Assembly (NCBI GenBank): GCA_013265495.1
Contig: MU058423.1
Span: 5,438,745-5,502,744, forward strand
DNA length: 64,000 nt
DNA from: Vicugna vicugna
Lineage: Eukaryota
Direction: 5' to 3'
Part shown: piece by piece, positions 1-13,200 of the stretch
Layout: each line of letters starts with the position of its first letter
How positions within the stretch are numbered: position 1 is the first letter of the stretch
Position numbers and translations under genes: made by a program
The notes under the pieces: model-generated
Databases searched by the model: none
What the model saw: only the letters and a program-made list of their open reading frames with translations
Told to the model about the DNA's origin: nothing

Positions 1-1069
1 TTTCTTGCTATTACACAATTGTTTATAACTCATCAATGTCTATAGCTAAATGATACTTACAGGGTTTTGTGTGTGTGTATGGGAGGGAGGGACAGAAAAA
101 GATAATATTTTATTGAGCAGAGTAAAAGCAGTGTTCTAGAAATAGTCAATCTATTATACACATTTTAAAAATTGCCAAAGACTATTTTGTTGACTTTATA
201 TATTAGGACTACTAATGCACGTTCCTAGATTTAGGCACCTAAAGTTTCTAAATTAATTGACTCTTGAGGGCACTGCAAGGTTAATTAAAGCACTGTAAGT
301 GAGGCTCTGTGTCCTCGATACTTCGTTCATCAACTTATCTGGGTCTTGATCGTCTATATTAGTAAACAGAAAACTTATGAACAGGTGACTGGTCTGTCAA
401 ACATATATGCACATTGTGATGTTTATATGTGAACGAAGTATTCAGCAGCATTCTTCATCTTAGAAAATCTTAATAAAATTTTATAGAATACTGTTTATAA
501 AGGCTACTGTTTAAGAGAAGGCTGCCGTACAAGGACTTCAGTAAATACCACCAGTAGAGTAAAATCCAGTTTTGGAAATGCATTGTTTAAAGTAAAACTT
601 TTCACATTACATTTTAATATGAATAAATGCTTTGGTTTTGCTACTCAGGCTGTGATTTTCTTAAAAATGAGAGGCTATAAATAAATGCCTTTTAAAAATA
701 ATAGTTTTTATCTTGTGTCTTCTATCTCTTATTACATTTAAGATGGCGTTGGAGGTGACGACTTTGTTTTACTTGTGTCAGTAGGAAGCTGACATGATTT
801 CTCAAGCCCCTGCATAGTGAGAACAAAGGAATGAAAAGACTAGGAAGGCGGAAGAGAAGCCGACACTGAGTACAGTGCTTAGGGAACTTCTCTCCTCTGC
901 AACAAGCTGAAAAAAAAAAATAGTCGATAAATAAGGGCTAATGACCATTATTTATTACAGCAATAAAACTTCCATGTTTAAGTAAGTAGTCCTTCCCTTG
1001 TGGTAAGAAATTCTCTGTACTTACCTCTACAATAGTATCACTATGCTGTATTTTCAACTTTCTTTTACA

Positions 1070-1160
1070 CAGGATTGTGAGCTTTAGGGATGTGAGAAAT
1101 AGTTATCCCCATTGCCTGTCTCAGACTTTAGAATGTACAAAGCATTTCTGAAGTGAATGC
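1070..1160 (+). mobile_element. LINE-2 3' end fragment (highly diverged)
   Basis: ggattgtgagctttaggg...atccccattgcctgtc...tttctgaagtgaatg resembles the L2 terminal consensus (ctagactgtaagctc...gtttgttgaatgaatg). Confidence 0.45.
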
Positions 1161-1909
1161 AGGCATTCTTGTACTTCAAGTACTACAAGCATGGAAAATT
1201 CCTAGTTTGGTATAGATTCTCATGATGAACTATACGTTAGAAGTGAAAGCAAATCTCTGTTTTCTTTTAAATTTACACTTTTGAAAATGGCATTTAAAAT
1301 ACTTACTGAGTCTTTGTTTTAAAATGAATTATCTGGAGAAAGTTAAGCTATGCTTTAAAAAATCAACTATCTGCATATTCAAAGTAAATAAGCCTCTTGG
1401 ATTCATTCAACACAAACCAAGCCTTCTCTCTGAAGAATGTGAAAACAGGAGGAGTAAGTAGCCATCGAGGATTAGGAAGTATGACAGAGCAGTTAAGAGG
1501 CAACTATTACTATGTAAACAAATGTAACATTTGTTATGCTTAATCAGAACCTAGTTACTAAGTCCTCTCACAGATAATTTTTTTTTAATCCTTAACAATG
1601 CTCTTGATTATTAATGGACCCCTCAAGCAGAAAGAATCCTTAGAAAATGCAATTTGTACTTGGATTATATTGGCTATTAGCAAATAATGAAGGGAAAAAA
1701 TCTTGTTATTTGCCACAACCGCCCCTACTCCACGCACGCATAATACAACTAACAAAACTGGGCTGACATATTCTTAGATACATGAGAGCATTTTTTAAAT
1801 AAAAAGGAACAAAATATATTTCTGTAGAAAAGTATTGTTTAAGTAAATGATAGCTCAATTTCAAGGAGGGAATATTGAATTCATTAATTTTCTGGAACAT
1901 TTTGGACAG

Positions 1910-3480
1910 TCAGGTACGTGCCCAGCACTGTGTTCAGTAGCCACTAGTGTGTTCTTAAGACACAGTGCCTGGCCGCAAGACACTCACTGCCTAATAGAAA
2001 ATGCAGAAGAGTGAAGAGGTGGTTCCAATAAAGAAACCTAAGTGCTAAAACAGAGGTAATGATAAGGAATTACAAGACTACCCAACATTGTAAGGACTCA
2101 GAGACCTTCTGAGGTCTCAGGGGTGCCCAGAGTTGACGCGGTGAGTGAAGGCAGATTATTCCAGGGTGAGGATAAGCACGAATAAAAAGCTTGAAAGTGA
2201 ATGTGCACGGTAGTTCCAGAGCACTGCATGATTTCCAGTACAGCTGCAGAGTGGAGAAATAGGGGCCTGGCCAGTGGTAAGGCAGAGAAGTGAAAAAAAT
2301 CCAGGTAACGGAAGTTCCTGTTAGCTTTATTTAGGAGTTTGGGCATTATCTTTGGGGACACAGAAAGATATTGAAAGACTTTAACATGCTGTGATCTTTT
2401 TGGTTTTAAAGATACCACTCTGCTTTCAGTTTGAAGAATGGATTATAAAGGGACAATGGCAAAAATGTCTCAAGAATTTGGTTCATGTTGTAAGGTTTTT
2501 GCAGTGCACGTGGAGAAAGTGCAACTCAAGACAAAAAAGAATATGAAGAATGTTCAAGTTTCTGTATCGGATACTTTGGTAAGTGTGTCTCATTTGTACC
2601 CATAGGATTTTAATTTATGGAAGTGACCAAGTGATGACAAGGAGAGGAAGGAAGACGTTTATTACTGACATTTCCCAAGACAGAGGGGCTCACTGTGTTA
2701 GGCAGAGCTGCATGCAGAGACACCAGATTTTGGTTGGGGTAGAAGCAGAAGTTAAAGAGAAAGCCTTGGCTAGAGCTTTTGCTGTGGTTCTCTTGGAAAG
2801 GCAATGCAGGACAGAGTAAACAGTTAAGACTGGCTGCTGTGAGTAATTACAGCAGACTCTGAGCTTATAGGAATGCGCTCCAGTTGCCTGGTACTTGTCC
2901 CTGGAATAGGGCAAGGGACATACTGGCTCGGTGAGGGAGAGTTAAATAAGGAAGTGATTGGAGTGACCCAGGATTGGTTGGTTTGTATACGAAAGGTGTG
3001 CTCATAGGCAGGCTGTTATTATCTGTAAGAATCAGCTAGCCCTGGGAGGGGATGTCTTTCCCCTGGTCTCTAAGACACCCAAATGCTATAGCATTAAAAA
3101 TACATAAAAGAAAATATAGTTAATATAAATTGGTCCTATAAGGAATGGATGTCAAATAGACAAATACAGAATCTAAGCAGACACAGAACAGACAGATGAT
3201 GGTACCCTTCACTGAACTCTCATAGGAATAAAGACTTTTCTGTTCATAAGAGGGAGGGAGGGTAGAAGTGTTTAAAGTGATGTTAGTGTGTTAACCTAGA
3301 GGTGTCCAGTAGATAATCAGATATATATATATGAGAATCAGAAGAGAAATACAGCCTTCAGAGGTGAATTTGGGATTTATCAGCAAGAGTCGTTAGAGAG
3401 TCATCAGGGAGTTGTCAGTGAGAGTAGAAGGTAATGAACTGAAAAGATGTCAACCAGAGGGCATTCAGAAGGGGAGCTAG
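1910..3480 (-). mobile_element. LINE-2 fragment, interrupted by the LTR at 2584-3185
   Basis: Antisense L2 motifs cccagcactgtgttc, gagtttgggcattatc, ttttaaagataccactctg...agaatggatt. The element resumes after the LTR with gatgatggtacccttcactgaa and gaatttgggatttatcagc. Confidence 0.65.
2584..3185 (-). mobile_element. Solo ERV LTR (probably ERVL class), ~600 bp
   Basis: Bounded by TG...CA with a 7-bp inverted terminal match (tgtgtct 2584 / agacaca 3185). A TTTATT poly(A) signal near the left end implies minus orientation. It splits an L2. No clean TSD remains. Confidence 0.6.
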
Positions 3481-4189
3481 AGCAGAACCCTATAGATGGG
3501 TTAGAGTTAAATATAATCCCCACTGCAGTACAGACCTAGATAAGTCAAGAGGAATGTGAGCTCCCTCTTGGGCTATATTAGACCCTTTGTAATTTGAATA
3601 GTTAGATCTATGACAGGTCAAAGTATATGCTTACACAAAAGTCTAATAGCATTTTGTTGTTGTTTTGTTGGTTTTTTGTCTTCCTTTGGTTTTTAATAGG
3701 CACAAAAAGCCCCTTAATACATGAAGACTACAGACAATATTGACTTCAGGGAAACCACATGAACAGTTACCATGAAAAAAAGATATCTATATAGTTTTAC
3801 AAAAATTAAAGGGAGTTGTAATAATGAATAGGCACGAGAATATATATGCCTGTCTCATTTTTATAAAAAAAGTTCAGTTGACTTATGTTCTTGATAAACT
3901 AGAATGTTCTAAAGATATACCCATGCTGAATTGCTAAAACTACATTTGTGAGACAGTATACATATACACTGAATTTGGAATGTTTTAAAGACATATCCCT
4001 AAAAAAATTAATCAGTTCTCTGGATATTCTCTGGTACAGCTATAAACTAGTAGGATAATTTTTTGAATAAATGAGTGTATTTTTCTCTGCATGTATTTCT
4101 CCATCTAGGAGAAAGAAATTCATCTGGTTTTACTTAAACTGTGAGACTTTGGATTGAGTCAGTTTGATTTAGTTGTCCCCATAGAACCC

Positions 4190-6195
4190 TTACAGTTATT
4201 ATAGTGCTTGACAAGTGCGTGGAAATGAAAGAAGCCCAGTATGACTAGAGTGTGGAGAAAAAAGAGAGGATGGTAGTCCTGATGAAGAGATTCTGATAAA
4301 TGGACAAATTAGATACACACTTAGGAGCTAGAAGTGATACGGGTGTGTTAATGGATTTGATAAAGGAGTTGAGAGAGAAAAATACTCAGGATAACTTTCA
4401 GTTTTCTGGTTTGAACACCTCAGTGGATGGAATGTACCAGTTTGGGAAAAGCTGGATCATACACAGCTTCAGGGACCTCGGCAAATCACAGTTCCTACTT
4501 GTGACGTATTAAATGTGGATGCTTCCAAGAACCCAGGGAAGATGCAAAGTAGGCACTGGAATGTTCATCTAGAGTTCAAAAGGTCTATGTGTTATAATAC
4601 TTAAGAGTTATTAGCATATAAATATATGCTATTGAAATTGATTGGAAGTCTGAGCCCACAAGAACAACTGGCCTGGAATGTACTCCTGAAAAAAATCTAT
4701 ATTGGAAGAGAATAGAATTATGCTGAAAAAGAAACTGAAAAATGTGTTAATGAGATAAAAATTTTTAGTGAGGTTAGGCAAATATAATACCAGGAGGACA
4801 AGAGATAGAATATTTTCAAACAATGCCTTTTTTCGACTGATTTAAACACTATAAAGAAGTTAAATAATATTAAAATTAAAAATACATATTTGCTTAGCAG
4901 AACTGGAGGTCTGAATGAGTAGACTGAGGAAAAATGGTATGCAAGGTTAGAGTTGTTTGGGAAGTTGACTAGTAGAGAGTTATGGAGTCAATGGGCTCTA
5001 GAAAACTTTTGATAAGCTTGACAATTAGAAGAGAAGTAAAAAGTTGATACAATGAATATTCTGAAACCATGTCAAAGAGCTCAGTGTAATTCAGACAAAT
5101 GTTTTTATTGTTCTGGCTGTTTTGTTTGCTATTAAAATAGGAGATACTGGGCCAAGTTTGGCTGTTAATCCCAGCGATGCTAAAAAAACTCTGAATGAAT
5201 ACTCAGAATACTGTAGAGATAAAAGGACAATGCTCCTAAGGTAAGAGGGGCTGCAGTTCATAATGCAGGTGCAAAGTCTGCCTTTGTTAGAAGGAAAAAC
5301 ATTTCTTGTTGTAACAGAAAGGAGGAAAAGATGGGTGCGAATAGAAAACAGGTTTGCTTCTTTGTGAATAGTAAGGCTTGTATTAACTCAGTACAGCATA
5401 AGGCAATTCTATCAGCTATTCTGCATTGTATCTGAGAAGGGAAGAAAAGGACCATTAGAAGATAGTCTAGTATAGGAGACAGGAAATAGTCTGGGGATTG
5501 AAGCAGGGCTGGGGTTAGGGAAGGAGCTTAGGTAGTGAGTTGTAATTATATTACAGGGCAGTTTCAGTGCCTAAAAAGGGAATGGCAATCATGAATTTAT
5601 GTCATGAGCTGATTTTTCTTTGTCAATGTTTAATTACTGAGTGGACAAAATTTATTCATCCAAGGCTGAGGTTTGTTACAAGAATATGTTGAAATGACAC
5701 TGGAGCTGAACAGGTGAGTGTATTTATAACAAATACTTTAATGTTGATGCATAACTCTTAGCTACAAAGTTAGAAGTAAAAAGGCTGGTGAGTGCAGAGA
5801 AGTTGAGACTATCAATGGACTGGAGCTTTTCATGAGATTAAAGGATGGTTACATAACAAAGTACAGTGAAGGACTTACATGGTTTTGGTCAAGAGCATTG
5901 GACATTTAAAGATTTGATTTCGATTGTGGTATAGTTTTCAATGATGAAAATATTAAGAGGTACAGGTACTTAATATGAATGGCTAGCTATGACAGATACA
6001 GAAGTAAGAACACTAAAAACTGAGAATCAAGGTGTGGGGACAGATCATGCACTTATATATAGAAGTCACCCAAAGGTGATAAGACACTGATGTTACAATG
6101 AAGAAAGTGAGCAAAAAGAGGAGTTAAAGCTCCTGGTGAATAACATCCAGCTCACAAAGTCAGTGTATCATCACAAAAACACAGACAGCTTATAT
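4190..6195 (-). mobile_element. LINE-2 fragment(s) extending into ORF2
   Basis: Purine-rich antisense L2 signature: caggataactttcagttttctggtttgaac, gagttattagcatataaat, gaagtcacccaaaggtgataag, ttaaagctcctggtgaat. Confidence 0.55.
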
Positions 6196-6204
6196 AGCAC
6201 AGGA

Positions 6205-6925
6205 GTTACGTTCCAATACCAATTTCCTGACAAAAGCTGGATGTCCTATAATTTCATTCAATTCTCGAATTAGCATTAGATCCCACAAGTTAAAGGCAAA
6301 GTTCGTAAATTCTGACACTACGCAGAGTTATTGTCAGATCCTACAACATGAGACTCCCAGTGTCTCCCAACAAGACTCCCTTATTTCAGACACCAGCCAC
6401 AAGTGGGGTTCTCAAGGCTACCCACGTCTTTGCCTGACTTAGTTTCAAATTCAGGAGTTTACATGACCCCTGTTCAGGTTCAATAATATGTCAGAATGAT
6501 CCACAGAACTCACTTAAAGTTAAGTACAGCCGAAAGAAAGAGACCAATACATCAAGGTCTTGAGAGGGAGGGAGACAGGAGCTACTTTCCTTGTCAAGTC
6601 AGGGTGCGCCACCTTCGTAGTATGCAAATATGTTCACCAGCCAGGAAGCTCACCAGTTCTTGTGGTTCTGAGTTCTCTTGAGGTTTCATTACCTAGTCGT
6701 GGTTGATTAAATCATTGGCTAAGTGAATGAATTCAAGCTCCCTTCCCTGGAGACCTGAAGGGGTGGTGCGGAAAGGTTCAATCCTCTAATCATGTGCTTT
6801 AGTACATACAGAGACCATCCCCTATCCTAAAGCTGGCTGGGGCTCCCTTAGGAGTCACCACCTAAGGGTAACAAAGGTAGACTTATCAGTCAGGAAATTC
6901 AGAATTTTTGAAGCTCTGTGCTAGC
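6205..6925 (-). mobile_element. MER21-like solo LTR
   Basis: accaatttcctgacaaaagctggatgtcctataatttcattcaattct...cccacaagactccc..ttcagacaccagccacaag...cacagaactca matches my recollection of MER21. Confidence 0.7.
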
Positions 6926-9779
6926 TGTTTGTTTTTGTTTTGTACCTCAGGAATAAAAACAAAAGACAGGGCTTTGGGGGATGTTTTTTGTTTGTTTTTC
7001 CCCAAATGTAAGTCAGTTATAAGATGAATTCTTTGGGGACACATATGCTTTCTTTAATACAGTTCAGAAATGAAATACTATTACATTTACTCAGCAATCA
7101 TACCATTCTTTTGATATGAACTAAGTAACAATAATGAGTAAATTTGTTCCTTTGAATAAGAAAGATCAGATTTACTGAACAGTAACTGGGGGAATTTGTA
7201 GGTGTTGGCTCACAGAATCTTCAGTGCAAATTTATGAGTAGAAATTGAGATCTGAAGATGTAAAATCAATACTAAGTCATCATGAATTGAGTTTATTTCT
7301 GACCCAGAGTCCATATTTTTCATTAGTTCCCTAAACTGAAGCACAGCAGAATCATAAATGGGATTTTCTTTTTTTGAACAAAATTTCTCTAGGAGAAATT
7401 CCCATGTATTTTTCTCATGTTCCACAGTGGCTCCATCTGCAACTCTTACTTACAGGACTCTGTAATGCACAGCACTGGTCCTTACGCTGAGTAGACATTC
7501 TGGGGTAAGTGTCCTATTCCCATTTCTGCTTCCTGCACATATCTTTAGATTCAGTTTCATAATACTGGGTATCCGTATGGTAAAATAGACCCAGGTTCGG
7601 GAATAGTAACTCACAGTGTGTATATAGTTTGTCAGAATCTCAAGCCAGAAAGCTTGATTATAAAGTATAAAAGAATAGTGTTCATTTGTATTGTTAAAAC
7701 TTGTCGTTACATGTTCCTCTATCATTTGTACCAGCATTAGAGCACTTAGAACAGTTTTGTCTTTTGATCGTTCAGTTCAGGTTAACGGGAATAAATAAGA
7801 GGTGTCTGAACTACAGAATTTGACTTTTACACATATTCATTCTTTTTATGTTCCTTAGTCATGAAGGGTTTCTAAAAATTTCCCTGACAATTGTTTTTCA
7901 CGTTGTCCAGTAGTATAAATTTTGGTTATCTTCTAGTAAAGAAAATTCCCCTCGGTATTTCCTCCTGAGTGACTGGCATCACCCTAAAATTGCCACTGGG
8001 AACTTTCCTGTAGTGACTGGTTCATGGATACTGCCAACAGTTTATATGTTTAAAAAATGAACAATGACCAATGATGCCAAATTCATGTAGAGTCAGTACT
8101 TGCAATCGTTCAGCTATATGCTCCACTTTAAGTCATATAATCCACATAACATCTCACAGGAAATCACTGCAGGATGAAAATAAAATATAACTAGACAGTG
8201 GCTTTGCAAAGGAAGGCTTCCTTTATAGACTTGTGAACCACTCCAGGCCACGTAAATACAATGCTGTGGTTGGTTCTCTCTTCCCTTATGGCATGACAGA
8301 ATTCTTATTCCTGTCTCTTACCCTCCCCCCCTTCCACTGTCAGCTTCCTAATGTGAGTTCACAAAATGATGATAGGATTTGTACTTTTCTCAGCCTCTTG
8401 GCTTATCAGATGATTCTTGATGAGAAGTTATACCAGCTGAAGGCTTGCTTTGAATGTTTTTCTATTTCTGTGATCCCTTGAGAGTTTTGCTGTCATATTT
8501 GTCCTAGGCCAGTAGGCACCTTACTACATAATGGCTGATTCTGAAATTATGACAAGAACACTGCAAAGTTGCAGTGCACTCTTTAACAAATAACTTATTT
8601 AGTTGGCATCTCACTGCTGAAATTACTTCAATAATTATACAACATTCTACAGTTTGGGACAGAATTTTGATCATAATAAAGAACCAGTGCTCCTAGGAGT
8701 TTATAGTTACGGTTGTAATGCAAAATTTTAAAAACTGAACCTGCATTTGTTTTTTTCTAGGAATGTTTTTCTATAGATTTAATCTTTTAAGTTTCTCAGT
8801 ATTAAACATGATATCCACAGATGTAACAACTACAACACAAAATACTGTAATTCCTAAATATTGCTTAATTGAGCCATTGAAACCATTTCTCAGCAACGAC
8901 AGACATAAAACTGCCATGTATATAATACCCTAAACATACATAAAGTGAACAGTAATCTCAGCTATTCCTTTGTCCAGGATGGCATCCACTTACTGAGATA
9001 ATCTGTTCACCATGAAACATCTAGAAACGTTAGCATTTATTTCCATATTTAAAATTAATAGAATCATTATCACCAATAATTAGCAGCCATTTATTGGTCA
9101 TACTTGTGCAATATCTAGCAAACTGCCATAGAAAACCCTTCTTAAAGCACTATTTTATAAGGAGAAGTTGAAGAAAGGTGGTAGTAATTTAGATATGTAT
9201 TTTTTTGCAGGTATGAATCTAGCAGTTTTTCTAAGACTCTATTGCAGCTATGACAGGCAACATATTCCTAGAACCAACAGTTTCAACAGCCTCCTAATCT
9301 ACAAATTATGGAAAAGGAGGTATAATATTAGAGATAATATTTAGGATGGTAGCTTTTTGATTCTCCAGCTTCCTAACTGCTGTAAGTTTTGTTCTAAGTG
9401 TGTCACTCTGGGGACCTATCATAGAGTCTTTATCTCCAACCACTTAACTTTTTTGTAATAGTTGAATTCTATGTATTAAATTGATACTTACACTATTATA
9501 GTAGTATCTGTTAACAACTGAGTAATTCAGAAGAGAGCACAAATTATTTCTAACCTCTAAAATAGTATATCATCATTAATGTTGCATTTTCTTGTCCATT
9601 TCTATTACATGTATCATTCTAAATAATTTTTGACTATACTAGAAAAAGTGTTTCCCATATTGTAATTTTGGCAAATCATATATATTTTAAGTATTTCCCT
9701 ATGCTACATAAATGTAAAAATTTTTTTTTAGTATAATGGCCATTTATCAATTACTCTTCCTACTTTTTGTAAATTCCTA

Positions 9780-10210
9780 CCTGTGTGAGTTTCATAGACA
9801 ATCAGGAACCTCCCTCAACTATAAATTCAAAGTACCAGATACTTCTCCATTATCCCTGATGACCCAATCCTTAATGCATGATTTAGGCTCTGCCAAAACA
9901 TATAAGCCTTGAAAGAGTGAGGGAAAGATGTGAGGAAAGTTGAAAAATTACTTACCACTCAGAAAGTAGTGTCACATTCCTGTTGATATTAGAACCAGCT
10001 GGGTCATTCTAAACAGAACGTTCCTATAAAACCATTTTCACTTAGTTTTCTTTACTTTTCTTTTTTTTTCACTTAGTTTTGTTGATGCATGCCTACTTTT
10101 TTGCAGTCTGGCTCATTGTGTTTTCCTTCCATTCTCTGTGATACCAGAGATACCTTTCCAATGAACTTAAGTTAGCCAGGATCTGTTTGTGGTGTTTGCA
10201 ACTTAAATTA
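9780..10210 (+). mobile_element. LTR33-like ERVL solo LTR (diverged)
   Basis: The 3' terminus cttaagttagccaggatctgtttgtggtgtttgcaacttaa and the internal gcatgatttaggctctgccaa are typical of LTR33. Confidence 0.5.
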
Positions 10211-10259
10211 GTAACCAGTGCATCTGGAGTGAAGAAAACATTTTTGAAAGGAAAGCAAG

Positions 10260-13200
10260 GATTCAGGAGGAAATGGTGAACCAGGAAAAAACACGGAGCA
10301 AACCTAAATAATAATTAACTGGAAACTAGCAGAAGATCTCCTGTACAACCAAAGCTGCTAGAAAGATTTCCACATAACCAGGCATTGAGTAGGGACCTGT
10401 ACCCCTGGGAGGGATCCATAAGGAAAAGAAGGTTGACACAGGGAGCAGGTTGACTCAGAATCTGGGCATCCCAGCCCTGGTGTTCTGCATGGAGGACACA
10501 AGCAACCTTTCCTGCCAGGAAATCTACTGAGACATACAGAAGGGCTGGAGAAGCCCAGACTCTACTCACAAGGAGAGTGCATATGCTGGCTTGCTGACAA
10601 AAAGGACAAAGAGACCCTTGTACTAGTAGCTACCACTATGCCATCCCCCCAGTCTGAGGGGGTGAACACCACAGCTCTGCTCATTCCACACCATAGACTG
10701 GTGAGGGATCAGGGTAAAGGTTTAGTCTAACTATGAAGAACCAGACTTGGGTGCCTGCGGTATGATCCAGGTGGAGCCAGCACATGCACCAGGGTGCACA
10801 ACAGAACATATAGCAACTAAGCACTGAATCCCAGCAGGCCCTAGGCAGGAGCATGTAGTGGTTCCCATCCCAGGAGGAATACCCCAGTTCTGCCCACTCC
10901 ACACCACAGCTTCATGGCAGATCTGGGGCAGATGAATATGGGAGAATTTGGCCAGAGAGGCAGCATAGCCACCTGAACCCCTACAGCCACAAGGCCCTGC
11001 CTCAGCCTCTTCCACACCAGAGCCCTGCACTAGATCTGGGATGAACACACAAAGAAAGAGTTATGACCCTGGTCTGCTTCTGAGCAGAACCGTGGACACC
11101 TACATAGGCAATGCATAGTTTCACTATGACCATGTGGACCTCCCTTGCTTCAGCAATCACTTCCTTGGGGCCAGGGAACACAATGTAATCTGATCAAGCC
11201 AGACCCTCAGGGCTTCTATTCCAACAACTGGAGAGCAGACCCCACCCAGGACAGGGCAGTGACACCCAAGAAGCTAAAAGGAAGCCCCACCTCACATCCA
11301 GCACAGGATCTAGCCACTACAACACCATCACCCTCCCCATCAAAGGGATAATAGCCAGTACAATTTAACAAAAGACATATCTAGCATCTATAACAAAACC
11401 AGCCCTTGCACCAAAAATATTAGATATGTACAGTCTACAAAGGGAGGTGCTCACCTAAAAATGCCCCTTCAAGACCACAGTAGATAACTGTTTCTCCTAA
11501 ATTCAGAGACAGAGAAATAAATGAAAAAGCAGGGGAACTACCCCCAGTTAAAAGAACAAGAGACCTCAACAGTCTACAAGACCCTAAATTCAAAAAATTT
11601 CTAAAGGAATTAAGAAAGATTGTCTATAGAAATGCAGATCCTGGTAACAAGGACCTAGAAACTATAAAGATGAGCAACTCACAATTAGGTAATTCAGTTG
11701 CCAAGATAAAAACCAATCGAGAAACAATGAATATGAATACATGATCTGGAATACAGAACAATGGAAATCACTCAATCAGAAGGGCACAGGAGGTCAATTT
11801 TTTTTAAATGAAAGGAACATATGAGCTCTATGAGATAATATATAGCATGCCAACCTACACATAGTAGGGTTTCCAGAAGGAGAAGAGAGAAAGAAGGGGA
11901 TTAAAAATATATTTGAAGATATTATGGCTGAAAACTTCCCAAACCTAAAGAAGGAAAGAGATACCCAGGTACAGGAAGCACAGGAGGTCTGAAACAAGAG
12001 GAAACCAAACAGACCCATATTAAGACATATCATAATTAAAGTGGCAAAAATGAAAGATAAAGGATTCTAAAGGCAGCAGGAGAAACAAGAGTCAGTTACA
12101 AGGGAATCCCCATAAAGCTATCAGCTGATTTCTCTGCAGAAATTGCAGCCTAAAAGGGAATGGAATGATTGAATATTCAAAGTTCTGAAAAGGAAAAATC
12201 TGCCACTAGGATACACTACCCAGCAAAATAACTGAGAATAAGAGAGAGATGGAATTAATCAGACAAGCAAAAACTAGTTCAGCAACAGTAAAACTTCCTA
12301 AAAGAAATATTGAAGGGTCTTCTGTAAATAGAAAAGAAGCAAGACTCTAAAGGAAAGGGAAAATCACAACAGGAGAGGCAAATATATAAAGGGATTGAAG
12401 ATCATTTAAATAAATCTGCATGTAGGTTAAAAACAATAAAAAAATTGTAAAAGCAATTATAACTACAATTAACAGTAAAAGGGTAAGCATAAAGGTGTAA
12501 AATAGGACATCAAAATCATAAAATGGGGAGGGATGTATAAAATGTAGATCTTTTATAATATGTTTGAACTTGAATGACTATCAGTTTAAAGCAGTAAATA
12601 TAGTTATGGGTCAAAATACTTGTAAGCCAAGGTAACCACAAATCAAAAATGCACACTAGCTTTCAAAAACCAAATGGAAAGGAACTCAGGCAAACTACAA
12701 AAAAATCATCAAACCACAAAAGGAAAACAAAAAGAAATTAACAAAGAAGAACTACAAAAACAACTGGAAAACAAGGATTAAAAGAGACTAAGTACATACC
12801 TACCAATAATTACTTTAAACATCAATCTACTAAATGCTCTGGTCAAAAGACAAAGTGGTAGACCGGATTTAAAAAATAACATACAACATGCTGTCTACAA
12901 AAGACTCACTTAAGAGTGAAAGACACACACAGACTGAAAATTAGGGGATGGAAAAAGGTATTTCATGCAAATAGAAATGACAAGAAAGCAGGGTAGGAAT
13001 ATTCATATCAGACAAAACAGACTTTAAAACAAAGTTCATTAAAAAGACAAAGAAGAACCTTATATAAAGATAAAGGGATCAGTACAAGAAGAGGGTGCTA
13101 TACTTGTTATCATATTTGCACCCAGTATAGGAGCATGAGAATATATAAACAAATACTAATAGACAAAGGGAGAAATTGATGGGAATACAACAATAGGAGA

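Noticed and set aside
770..906. Minus-strand acceptor (T-run + CAG at 907-920) opening LVAEERSSLSTV...
   Set aside because: The acceptor is only a poly(A) run read backwards, the donor is weak and the frames close quickly.
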